Shown here one piece after another: positions 20,001 through 28,009 of a DNA stretch of 64,000 nucleotides (positions are counted from its first letter, which is position 1; every line of letters begins with the position of its first letter). A program made the translations under genes and the position numbers. The stretch is from an uncultured Dehalococcoidia bacterium (lineage in GTDB: Bacteria > Chloroflexota > Dehalococcoidia > Lucifugimonadales > UBA6927), in the NCBI GenBank assembly GCA_964637555.1, contig CAZWTJ010000001.1, forward strand, positions 5,450 through 69,449, given 5' to 3'. The notes under the pieces were generated by a model. That model was given only the letters and a program-made list of their open reading frames with translations, was not told the origin of the DNA and ran no database searches.

Positions 20001-20220
20001 GACAATGCGCAAAAATGCTGGATTAGAAATCACCGATAATATTGAAACATTTTTTTACGGAGATAATCAGATCATCGCAGCAATTTCCTGTAACAAAAAT
20101 TATTTGTTACAGGAAACATTATCTAACAAGCTAATTAATAAAATCCCTCCAAAAAATGCTTTCATAGAAGAACAAATTTTTGATGGATTAAAAGTAACTC
20201 TAGGAATTCTCAGAATTTAG
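17065..20220 (+). CDS. ileS: Isoleucine--tRNA ligase (long form)
   Basis: 1051 aa. HIGH variant (PMGAHHAWG), KMSKS variant (EMHKSKGN), an editing insert, and Cys knuckles (CPRCGT, CWRCDS). Confidence 0.97.
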   Translation: MFKPVTPKIDFLNMEQEIFEWWNQNQIMQKYLNRNTGAAKTFSFIDGPITANNPMGAHHAWGRSYKDLFQRFKAMQGFDQRFQNGFDGQGLWIEVEVEKELGLGSKREIEAFGIDKFVNLCKERVRKFSEIITNQSIRLGYWMHWDNSYHTMSDENNYTIWRFLKECHKRGWIYEGNDVMPWCPRCGTGLSQHEIVTEGYKEIQHPGLYIKFPLIGQTSEFLLVWTTTPWTLPSNVAAAVNPNKIYAKVSQNDQIFYVAKDLIESTVAKEGKFEILDEIFGKSLVGKSYRAPFEELNVQNGIKHQIIEWDEVSETEGTGIVHIAPGAGKDDLALARKLGLPIIPSIDESGNFLEGFGDFTAQNVYDVNRSIYQSLREKNIFYRLDSYLHRYPVCWRCDSELVFRIVDEWFISMDELRHMIAKITKKINWVPSFGMDRELDWLRNMDDWMISKKRYYGLALPIYKCSCGHTEIIGSKDELHEKAIIGWDTFSKHSPHRPWIDNVKIECKECGNPISRIKDVGNAWLDAGIVPFSTLNYTDNPDYWRKWFPADWISESFPGQFRNWFYSLLTMSTVLENTEPFKSVFSYALMRDEKGEEMHKSKGNAIWFEDAADKMGVDCMRWLYMKHNPAANLNFGYHNADEVRRQFIIPLWNVYSFFITYANIDAYDPTQSAPEVGNRPQLDQWILSELHSLIDHVTNSLEKFEPDVAARATESFVEILSNWYVRRGRRRFWKAGRVEGNIIDQDKLSAYSTLYECLFTISKLLAPFMPFLSECMYQNLSAPLRTSPKSVHLDDYPIPNTTLIDERLSKAIRLAMKLSSLGRAARNNANIKVRQPLDAVQIKLRESVESELLPEISEQLKDELNVKNIRIIENPTEVMNISVKPNMALLGPRLGQEVRNLLEELNNTNPLEIYAKIQNQEKIQIAGHEITPDELEILGEGKDGFSAAEENNYVVAITTKLSSTLVKEGIAREVVHRIQTMRKNAGLEITDNIETFFYGDNQIIAAISCNKNYLLQETLSNKLINKIPPKNAFIEEQIFDGLKVTLGILRI

Positions 20221-20358
20221 TATCGCACTTTTTAGAAGCTGTTTTTTGAACTATTTACAAAAGCTATCCGCAGGAATATAATCACATTCCATTATCCAAC
20301 TACTATTTCATTTAGCGATTTAGACCACGTCAACTTGGATAATTTAGGAATTTTAGTG

Positions 20359-20832
20359 ATGGCCACAAATGAAACATATCTTACTCAAGAAGGCCTAATT
20401 CAGCTTCAAGACGAACTCAAGTCTCTTAAAACCTACCGCAGGCCAGAATTAGCCGCTGGAATACGGAAAGCCCTAGAGAATGGTGGGGACGCAGACAATG
20501 CTGAATATGACGAAATCAAAAATCAACAAGGCATCGCTGAAGGACGAATAATATATTTAGAAGACTTGCTAGCCAAGGCAACTGTAGCTCCTAAGAACAA
20601 TGGTGGAAAATCAGGCATTATTAGTTTTGGTTCTTCGATAACAGTACAGAACGAAACAGGGGAAAAACTGAAGTATACGATTGTCGGAAGTGCTGAGTCC
20701 GCTCCATTAGAGAATAAAATTTCTATAGAATCCCCTGTAGGCAGTTCACTAATTGGTCATAAAGTAGGCGACAAAATCACTATCAAAACGCCGTCAGGTA
20801 AGTCACAATTAAAAATTATTAAGATTCATTAA
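20359..20832 (+). CDS. greA: Transcription elongation factor GreA
   Basis: N-terminal coiled coil (YLTQEGLIQLQDELKSLKTYRRPELA) and a C-terminal domain. I prefer ATG 20359 (AGGAA about 9 nt upstream) over the track's TTG at 20335. Confidence 0.9.
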   Translation: MATNETYLTQEGLIQLQDELKSLKTYRRPELAAGIRKALENGGDADNAEYDEIKNQQGIAEGRIIYLEDLLAKATVAPKNNGGKSGIISFGSSITVQNETGEKLKYTIVGSAESAPLENKISIESPVGSSLIGHKVGDKITIKTPSGKSQLKIIKIH

Positions 20833-20882
20833 ACTTGTAACGCTCAATGAAAAAACATTCGAGCAATATGTGAAAGATTTTC

Positions 20883-22358
20883 TTGGTACAAGAACGCATT
20901 CAAAAACTTCAAAACCTACGTGATCAAGGGATTGACCCTTATCCTGCAAAATATCAACGTACTCATTCTACAAAAGATGCAAAAGCTCTTTTAGAGACAA
21001 TAGAGCTTAATGGTGAAGACCCGAAGACCTCGTCTGCGGAAAATGTAATCTCGATTGCAGGGAGAATTTTGGCAATGAGATCAATGGGACGAGCCACATT
21101 TATAGACATCCAGGACGGTGATGGGAAAATCCAAACAATGTTCCGATCAAACGCCCTTGGAAGTCTTTACGATATGCTTCGCGATTTAGATATAGGAGAC
21201 TGGATCGGTATTGAAGGATCACCAATTCGAACTAGAACAGGGGAAGCTACAGTACTTGCAAATTCATTTACTGTTGTCTGCAAATCCCTAAGGAGTTTAC
21301 CTGAAAAATGGCATGGACTAACCAATGTCGAAAGTCGGTACAGACAAAGATATTTGGATTTAATCTCTAATGAAGATTCTAAAATTAATGCTATCACTCG
21401 TAGTAAAATCATCGATCAAATTCGCCGATTTATGATAGATCAACGCAACTATATTGAAGTAGAAACACCCATACTTGTCCCAACTGCTGCAGGTGCTTCA
21501 GCAAGGCCGTTTGCGACATACCATAACTCTTTGGATAGGGATCTTTTTCTTAGAATCGCAACCGAGCTCCATCTGAAACGTTTGGTAGTTGGAGGTTTGG
21601 AAAAAGTTTTTGAAATTGGAAAAATTTTCCGTAACGAAGGAATAGACTTGAACCATAATCCAGAATTTACTTCTATGGAATCCTACGAAGCATTTACAGA
21701 TTACAATGACATGATGAACTTAGTTGAGGACATTTTTGAAAGTGTTTCATTAAGCGTCAAAGGTACATCAAAAATCCTTTTTCGCGAAACCGAATTTGAC
21801 CTTTCAGAACCATGGCCTAAACTAAATCTTCGTGATGAAATAATCAGAACCTCTGGGATAGATTTCTTGGAATTCCCATCAGCCGACTCTCTAAGGCATG
21901 AAGTTCTGAATCTTGGAATTCAAGTGAGCGAAAGACTTAACAGCTGGGGTTCAATTCTAGACAAATTGATTTCAGCAGTTGTTGAACCAAATCTTCTAAG
22001 ACCGACTTTTCTAGTTGATTATCCAATTGAAATGTCCCCCTTAGCCAAAAAGCATCCTGATAATCCGAAGATAGTCGAAAGGTTTGAAGGATTTATTGGG
22101 GGAATGGAAGTATGCAACGCATTCTCTGAGCTCAATGATCCATTAGACCAACGCGAACGGTTTGAACAACAAGAACTACTTCATAAGGAATACAATGATG
22201 AAGAAACGGATCGCCTAGATGAAGATTTTCTAATTGCCATGGAACACGGCATGCCCCCTACTGGAGGGCTAGGATTAGGTATCGACAGATTGGTAATGGT
22301 TCTAACCGGAAATACATCAATTAGAGAAATAGTGTTGTTTCCGCAGCTTCGCAGCTAG
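20883..22358 (+). CDS. lysS: Lysine--tRNA ligase, class II
   Basis: 491 aa. OB-fold N-domain and class-II motifs (FRNEGIDLNHNPEFT; GLGLGIDRLVMVLTG). TTG start. Confidence 0.95.
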   Translation: MVQERIQKLQNLRDQGIDPYPAKYQRTHSTKDAKALLETIELNGEDPKTSSAENVISIAGRILAMRSMGRATFIDIQDGDGKIQTMFRSNALGSLYDMLRDLDIGDWIGIEGSPIRTRTGEATVLANSFTVVCKSLRSLPEKWHGLTNVESRYRQRYLDLISNEDSKINAITRSKIIDQIRRFMIDQRNYIEVETPILVPTAAGASARPFATYHNSLDRDLFLRIATELHLKRLVVGGLEKVFEIGKIFRNEGIDLNHNPEFTSMESYEAFTDYNDMMNLVEDIFESVSLSVKGTSKILFRETEFDLSEPWPKLNLRDEIIRTSGIDFLEFPSADSLRHEVLNLGIQVSERLNSWGSILDKLISAVVEPNLLRPTFLVDYPIEMSPLAKKHPDNPKIVERFEGFIGGMEVCNAFSELNDPLDQRERFEQQELLHKEYNDEETDRLDEDFLIAMEHGMPPTGGLGLGIDRLVMVLTGNTSIREIVLFPQLRS

Positions 22359-22415
22359 TCTATCCGGCATTCAAAATAACCCAAATCTGTCTGATAAAAT
22401 CGATTGAATTAATTG

Positions 22416-22970
22416 CTAATTGCCTGCATTATCTTGAAGAGAATCGAGCCCTGTACGAACTTGTGAAATCCAACTAGACATGCTTTCTTCAAGGCTATGT
22501 AATACTTCAAGTGCATATCTATCAGCACCCGATCTCCTAGCCTCACTATCAGACTCAGCTTGTTCAACCAACCTAAAAGCTTTCCTCTGTGCGTCTTGAA
22601 CAATTAATTGCGCATCTTCGGCAGCTTTCTCTCGAACTTCTTCTGCTCTATCCTCTGAATCTTTGATTATTGCGGAGTCACCAAACTTTTCGTCACGATC
22701 CAGTTGTGCCGATGCAGACATTTCACGTGATTCCTGATCCGCAGCTTCTCGAATTCTTTCAGCCTCTAATTGAGCCAGGCTTAGAATACTATCTTTCTGT
22801 TTCAAAACTTCAATAGCCTCAAGATTATCAGAAGTAATAGATTGAGAAAGCCTTGAAGCTACAGCCTCTAATCGATCAACATCAACCAAGACTTTACTAC
22901 CAAATCCAGGCATCTTCGAGCTATTCTGAGCTATATCCAAAATTTCATTTACAATATCTCCACTATTCAT
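22416..22970 (-). CDS. Coiled-coil protein of the family often annotated 'ATPase subunit B/H-like', function unknown
   Basis: Acidic and helical. The N-terminus (MNSGDIVNEILDIAQNSSKMPGFGSKVLVDVDRLEAV) resembles a conserved uncharacterised family. I prefer ATG 22970 (GGAGG 6 nt upstream) over the track start at 22982. Last gene of the rsmD-coaD string. Confidence 0.45.
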   Translation of the reverse strand: MNSGDIVNEILDIAQNSSKMPGFGSKVLVDVDRLEAVASRLSQSITSDNLEAIEVLKQKDSILSLAQLEAERIREAADQESREMSASAQLDRDEKFGDSAIIKDSEDRAEEVREKAAEDAQLIVQDAQRKAFRLVEQAESDSEARRSGADRYALEVLHSLEESMSSWISQVRTGLDSLQDNAGN

Positions 22971-23013
22971 TGTTGCCTCCATCTAATTAATTTAGCCTTA
23001 GTCTTCTGAATAT

Positions 23014-23493
23014 TTATTTTGTTAATTTAGCTTTGAGAGCATTTGAGACATTCTTCGGAATCAAATTATCAACATTCCCACCTAATCTTGCCACTTCTTT
23101 GATCCTACTTGCATAGACAAATTGATATTCCAAAGCGCTCATCATACAAACCACATCTATTTCAGGAACAAGATTCCTCCACATATGCGTCATTTCAAAT
23201 TCATATTCAAAATCATAACCCGCACGTAGACCTCTAACTATAAAATCCGCATTAACTTCTAGCGCAAACGAAGGAGCCAAGCCTTCAAAAGAAACAACTT
23301 CTACATTTGGTAAGGAATCAATTGACTCCTTAAACATGTTAACTCTTTCAGCAGTTGAAAACATTAATTCCTTCGGCGGAACGTCATATACACCAACAAT
23401 CAATTTGTCAAAAAGCATCGAAGCTCTTTTGGCGATATCTACGTGTCCATTATGAACCGGATCAAAACTGCCTGGATAAATTGCATTAACCAT
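23014..23493 (-). CDS. coaD: Phosphopantetheine adenylyltransferase
   Basis: 159 aa with motif AIYPGSFDPVHNGHVDI. Overlaps the rsmD stop by 8 nt. Confidence 0.93.
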   Translation of the reverse strand: MVNAIYPGSFDPVHNGHVDIAKRASMLFDKLIVGVYDVPPKELMFSTAERVNMFKESIDSLPNVEVVSFEGLAPSFALEVNADFIVRGLRAGYDFEYEFEMTHMWRNLVPEIDVVCMMSALEYQFVYASRIKEVARLGGNVDNLIPKNVSNALKAKLTK

Positions 23494-24040
23494 TAGACAA
23501 ATACATCGAAATTATCGAGTCTCCATATTTCCTTTGCGTTTCCATAATTAGTTTTGAACTACCAAATTTGTTGTTTTCATATTTAGATGTCTCAAAAATT
23601 GCCACTGAACCACGTTTCATTATCTGGAATTTTTCAATTTTTGCCAATAATTTATCCCAATTTTCGTAACCATATGGTGGATCGGCAAATAATAAATCAT
23701 AACTCCCGTCTAGATTATCAATTTTGTCTATGGCATTACCATATGTCACTTTAGCTTTTTGATCGATTTTAAAGTCTTTTAAGATCGTTCGAATTTCTTT
23801 ACATCTCCTAGAATCTAATTCAATAAAATCAACATACTCAGCTCCGCGACTAATTGCTTCAATACCCATAGCACCTGTCCCTGAAAAAAGATCAAGAACT
23901 CGAGCGCCCTCCAATCTATTAGACCCTAGTATCGTAAAAATCGCACCTCTCACCATTGCAGTAGTTGGTCTTAAAGCTTTAGAAGCCCGAAAATGAATCA
24001 TCCTGCCCTTTAATTGACCTCCTGTGATCCTTACACTCAT
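23486..24040 (-). CDS. rsmD: 16S rRNA (guanine966-N2)-methyltransferase RsmD
   Basis: 184 aa with motifs ITGGQLKGR, DLFSGTGAMGIEAISRGA and FADPPY. Confidence 0.88.
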   Translation of the reverse strand: MSVRITGGQLKGRMIHFRASKALRPTTAMVRGAIFTILGSNRLEGARVLDLFSGTGAMGIEAISRGAEYVDFIELDSRRCKEIRTILKDFKIDQKAKVTYGNAIDKIDNLDGSYDLLFADPPYGYENWDKLLAKIEKFQIMKRGSVAIFETSKYENNKFGSSKLIMETQRKYGDSIISMYLSNG

Positions 24041-24096
24041 AAACCAAAAACTCCACTAATTGCAGTATAGCAATAGCGAATTATCTGAGAAAGACA

Positions 24097-24143
24097 AAAT
24101 AGGCACAGTTTTTGCAAAAATTAGAATTTCGCTGTGCCTATTT
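24097..24143 (-). terminator. Hairpin terminator closing the sulfatase-aldolase unit
   Basis: 12-bp perfect stem AAATAGGCACAG (24097-24108) / CTGTGCCTATTT (24132-24143) with a 23-nt loop. On the minus-strand RNA it is followed by UGUCUUUCUC. It lies 22 nt after the aldolase stop. Confidence 0.45.
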
Positions 24144-24164
24144 AAATAACTTGAGAAACTTCTT

Positions 24165-25073
24165 CTAAGTAGATTTAGATAAAGATGGAAAAACTCCAAA
24201 ACCTAGAGCGTCTGCTTCAGAAATTAACTGTTTCTTTTGGTCAGCCGCCAAAGGTAATCCAGGTAGTCTGGGGGACCCGCAATCAACATTTAATCTATGA
24301 CTAAGTAATGCTTTAATGTTAGCATGCATCCCTGCCCCTCCTCGAATAACTGCTGCAATTTTTGTAGCTAATGCTTGAGAGCTCTTTGCAGTCTCCCAAT
24401 CACCATCATTGTACGCATTCCACACATCAATCCAGGGTTCAGGGGCAGCATTTGGAGGTCCATCTATCATGCCGCAGGCACCAATGGTAAGTGCAGGCAA
24501 CATCAATTGACAATTTCCTACAAAACAATCCAAACCCATATCTGCAAAAGTTCTAATATTTGCAAAAGTTAATGCTGAATGTTTCAAACCTTTCAGCTGA
24601 GGAACACGGTCCTGAATTTTCAGCATTAATTCGGGCGTAATTTCAGTACCTGTTGCTTGAGGTAAATTGTATACAAATAGGGGAAGATCCGATGCTTCAC
24701 CAACAGCTTTATAGTGTTGAACCACCGCTTCATCAGTCGGTCTATAGAAAAACGGCGGCACGCAGCAAATTGCCTCGGCTCCAACTTTCGCAGCATGTTC
24801 GGCCATTTTGGCTGCTCTCCTAGTAGTAGAAGCACCAACATGCATAATAGTGTTCGCACGCCCACCAGCCTGATCCACAACTATTTCAGCTATTCTCATA
24901 TTTTCTTCGTCATCCAACAATACGCTTTCGCCAGTTCCTCCCGCGACCCACCACCCATGAACACCAGACTCGATATTTGATTCAATGATAGCTCGTAAAG
25001 CATCTTCAGCTAACTCTCCCTTTTCATCCATGGGAGTGGCAAGAGCTGGATACAAACCTTTAAACTTAGTCAA
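24165..25073 (-). CDS. DHDPS / N-acetylneuraminate-lyase family class I aldolase
   Basis: 302 aa with motifs GTGES, FVYNLP and GLKHS (Schiff-base Lys). TTG start 5 nt after an AGGAGG SD. Confidence 0.8.
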   Translation of the reverse strand: MTKFKGLYPALATPMDEKGELAEDALRAIIESNIESGVHGWWVAGGTGESVLLDDEENMRIAEIVVDQAGGRANTIMHVGASTTRRAAKMAEHAAKVGAEAICCVPPFFYRPTDEAVVQHYKAVGEASDLPLFVYNLPQATGTEITPELMLKIQDRVPQLKGLKHSALTFANIRTFADMGLDCFVGNCQLMLPALTIGACGMIDGPPNAAPEPWIDVWNAYNDGDWETAKSSQALATKIAAVIRGGAGMHANIKALLSHRLNVDCGSPRLPGLPLAADQKKQLISEADALGFGVFPSLSKST

Positions 25074-25140
25074 CTTAGCCTCCTAAAACAGTTCATCCGA
25101 AAAATATTCGTAATTGTAACATAATGACTTTAAGATCTTT

Positions 25141-26613
25141 CTACTCATTTGGGTCCGAAATTTGCAGCGAATCATCAGTTTCTTCCTGCCACTTACGTAA
25201 CCTAGAATACATTTCCTCTACCCTGGAACTTTCAGACGGATCATTAGATAAGTTGGTCTGCTCATATGGATCATTATTTAAATCGTATAACTCTATAGGG
25301 TCTGACCCCAAGGTTAACTTCCAATTGTCATGACTTATTAATGTCCTGTGTTCTACTTCCCAAATCGGTGTCTCATCCGTTTCAACAAGGTATGGATGTC
25401 CAGGAGTGACCTCATCACGCCCAGTCCAATCAATCACTACATCGTTCTTACTTAAATCCTCACTACCCTCTAACACTGGAACCCTAGTAACTCCCTGTAA
25501 ATGATCCGGTAGCTCTACTCCCATTAAATCCAATAACGTTGGCACAGTGTCTATATGCCCATAATGACCTGGAATCATCTTGTGATCCTTAGATATCCAC
25601 GGAACCCTAATTAACATCGGTACACGTATCGACTGCTGATAAAATACCGCCTTCTGTATTATATTGTGCTCACCTAACTGATCTCCATGCTCACTGCTAT
25701 ATACAACTATAGTGTTATCTGCCACTCCTGAATCTTCCAATGCTTTAAGTATCTTCCCCACTGCCCTATCCACTAAGGTAACATTACCCCAATATCCAGC
25801 AATCGTCTCACGCCAAAAATCCTCATTTAATCCATCTTCAGTGTCTGGATTTGGACCAAAACCACTAAGCTTATCCACAGTCTCTTCCTTGCGAGCGATT
25901 GCAAGTGAACCTGCATCAGATGGTGGATCCTTCATAAATGTTGGTGGAACAGGTATTGAATCCCGTTCATAAAGATTATTAAATGAACTATTATATGGTG
26001 AGTGAGGTTCAAATATATTCACATATAATGCCCATGGCCTATCCTTATTTTCATGAATAAACTTGGAAGCACTATCTCCCAAAAAATTGGCCTTCGTATA
26101 CTCTTCTGGTAAAGACGCCGCCATGTCTCTAGGAAATACTTTAGCACCTTCTGACTTCCTGAAAGGGCTAAATCCCTTCTCAATTAGAAAGTTATGATAA
26201 TCACTCATAACCTCTAAATATTCAGGTTTGCTGTAAAAAACCCTATACAAATCCTCAATACTTACCCACTCATCAAAACCATGCTGGCAAATGACTTCAT
26301 CTCCAAGATGCCATTTCCCATGATATGCCTTCTTATAATCAGAAGGTAACATCTCTGCTAAGGTCTTAACATCTTCAGGTAACGGGATATTATTCTTCTT
26401 TGTTCCATTTGTATGAGGCCAGGTACCTGTCATTATCGTGGATCTAGATGGAGTACAAATCGGTGTGCTGACGTATGCATTCTCAAATACGAAACTACTG
26501 TCAGCCAAATTGTTTAAATTAGGTGTCTCTATAAGATCATTCCCATAACAAGACATCGTGTCGGCCCGCTGCTGATCAGTAAATATGAATAGTAAATTAG
26601 GCTTATTTGACAT
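25141..26613 (-). CDS. Cys-type sulfatase (formylglycine-dependent), no signal peptide
   Basis: 490 aa with motifs LFIFTDQQRAD, STPICTPSRSTIMTG (C-x-P-x-R) and GKWHLG. A GAGGGGGA SD lies upstream of the ATG. Confidence 0.88.
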   Translation of the reverse strand: MSNKPNLLFIFTDQQRADTMSCYGNDLIETPNLNNLADSSFVFENAYVSTPICTPSRSTIMTGTWPHTNGTKKNNIPLPEDVKTLAEMLPSDYKKAYHGKWHLGDEVICQHGFDEWVSIEDLYRVFYSKPEYLEVMSDYHNFLIEKGFSPFRKSEGAKVFPRDMAASLPEEYTKANFLGDSASKFIHENKDRPWALYVNIFEPHSPYNSSFNNLYERDSIPVPPTFMKDPPSDAGSLAIARKEETVDKLSGFGPNPDTEDGLNEDFWRETIAGYWGNVTLVDRAVGKILKALEDSGVADNTIVVYSSEHGDQLGEHNIIQKAVFYQQSIRVPMLIRVPWISKDHKMIPGHYGHIDTVPTLLDLMGVELPDHLQGVTRVPVLEGSEDLSKNDVVIDWTGRDEVTPGHPYLVETDETPIWEVEHRTLISHDNWKLTLGSDPIELYDLNNDPYEQTNLSNDPSESSRVEEMYSRLRKWQEETDDSLQISDPNE

Positions 26614-26721
26614 AATCTTATATCCCCCTCACATAGTATTTAGTAGTCTACCATCAAAAATATGCGCAGTGTGGGTGATTTGGAATAAATGATTTGATTG
26701 GAATTGAACAGATTTTTTTAA

Positions 26722-26751
26722 TTGACAATATCGCATTTATAGGTGTATTAT
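26722..26751 (+). promoter_or_regulatory. Sigma-70-like promoter of the aroG leader
   Basis: TTGACA (26722-26727), 18-nt spacer, TATTAT (26746-26751). This leaves a leader of about 115 nt before aroG. Confidence 0.4.
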
Positions 26752-26819
26752 GGGCCAAAGATGATTAAATATTTGTTATTAGATTTATAAAAATCTTCCT
26801 GCATGTTGAAAATCAATTT

Positions 26820-26852
26820 CCCAGTCAGGCTTTGACTGGGTTTTGTAATTTT
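26820..26852 (+). terminator. Intrinsic-terminator-like hairpin + T-tract inside the aroG leader
   Basis: CCCAGTCA (26820-26827), loop GGCTT, TGACTGGG (26833-26840), then TTTTGTAATTTT. Only the plus orientation has the T-tract. Confidence 0.5.
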
Positions 26853-26875
26853 AGACAGTCAATATAGGAGACATT

Positions 26876-27925
26876 ATGGCTACGCAAGAAACTTTAGACG
26901 TAAACATCCAACAAGTAGATTCTTTAATATCACCATCTGGCTTACGAGATGAAATACCCAACTCATCAATTGCGACAAAAACTGTTTTGGAAGGTCGAAA
27001 AGCGATACAAAATACTCTCACTTCTCAAGACGGCAGATTATTGGTAATTGCAGGGCCATGTTCAATTCACAACACTGATGAGGCTTTGGACTACTCTAAA
27101 AAATTAATTCAATTATCAGATAAGGTTAAGGAAAAAATTCTAGTTGTGATGAGAGTTTATTTTGAGAAACCTCGAACAACAGTCGGTTGGAAGGGGATGT
27201 TATATGACCCAAATCTAAACGATACTTTTGACATAAACCTTGGCCTTAAAAAAGCAAGAGAATTGCTACTCAAAATTAACGAGTCAGGAATGCCTACCGC
27301 GACAGAATTTCTTGACCCTATTGTCCCACAATACATTGCAGGCTTAGTTTCTTGGGCTGCGATTGGAGCTAGAACCACAGAAAGCCAAACCCACAGACAG
27401 ATGGCTAGTGGGTTAAGCATGCCTGTAGGTTTCAAAAATGGGACTGATGGAAGAGCACAAACTGCAGTTGATGCTTTGATTGCTGCCAGGGCTCCTCAGT
27501 CTTTCCTAGGAATCGACCATAATGGCAAAAGCAGCGTGATTCACACCAAGGGCAATCCATATGGCCATTTGGTTCTGAGGGGAGGCAATCAAGGTCCAAA
27601 TTTCAGATCTGAGTCGGTATCAGAAGCTCAATCGTTATGTTCGGCTGCAGATGTTAGACCTCAATTGATGGTGGATTGCAGCCACGGTAACTCAAACAAA
27701 GACCATAGACTTCAGGCACCTGCGTTTAAAGATGTTGTGCAGCAAAAGGTGGATGGCAACAACAATATTATAGGAATAATGATTGAAAGCAACATGCATG
27801 CCGGGGCTCAAAAACTAAATGGGAATGCATCGTCATTAGAATATGGAGTCAGCGTTACAGATGCTTGTATAGGCTGGGACGAAACCGAGGAACTCCTAAC
27901 CTGGGCCTACAAAACACTTTCCTAA
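26876..27925 (+). CDS. aroG: 3-deoxy-7-phosphoheptulonate (DAHP) synthase, class I
   Basis: 349 aa with motifs IAGPCSIH, KPRTTVGWKGM and DCSHGNS. AGGAG SD at 26866-26870. The isozyme (Phe/Tyr/Trp-sensitive) is not determinable. Confidence 0.92.
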   Translation: MATQETLDVNIQQVDSLISPSGLRDEIPNSSIATKTVLEGRKAIQNTLTSQDGRLLVIAGPCSIHNTDEALDYSKKLIQLSDKVKEKILVVMRVYFEKPRTTVGWKGMLYDPNLNDTFDINLGLKKARELLLKINESGMPTATEFLDPIVPQYIAGLVSWAAIGARTTESQTHRQMASGLSMPVGFKNGTDGRAQTAVDALIAARAPQSFLGIDHNGKSSVIHTKGNPYGHLVLRGGNQGPNFRSESVSEAQSLCSAADVRPQLMVDCSHGNSNKDHRLQAPAFKDVVQQKVDGNNNIIGIMIESNMHAGAQKLNGNASSLEYGVSVTDACIGWDETEELLTWAYKTLS

Positions 27926-28009
27926 TTTCCTGTTTATAATATTTGCCTTGATTTTGTTGTTGATTTCACTCGAATGTGATAAATTCATCGAACAATATTA
28001 ACGGAGGAT

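Noticed and set aside
26752-26790. Leader-peptide attenuation for aroG, using the mini-ORFs MGQR (26750-26764) and MIKYLLLDL (26761-26790).
   Set aside because: They have no SD and no run of Phe/Tyr/Trp codons. Classical peptide-mediated attenuation is therefore unsupported, although the hairpin itself is kept as a finding.
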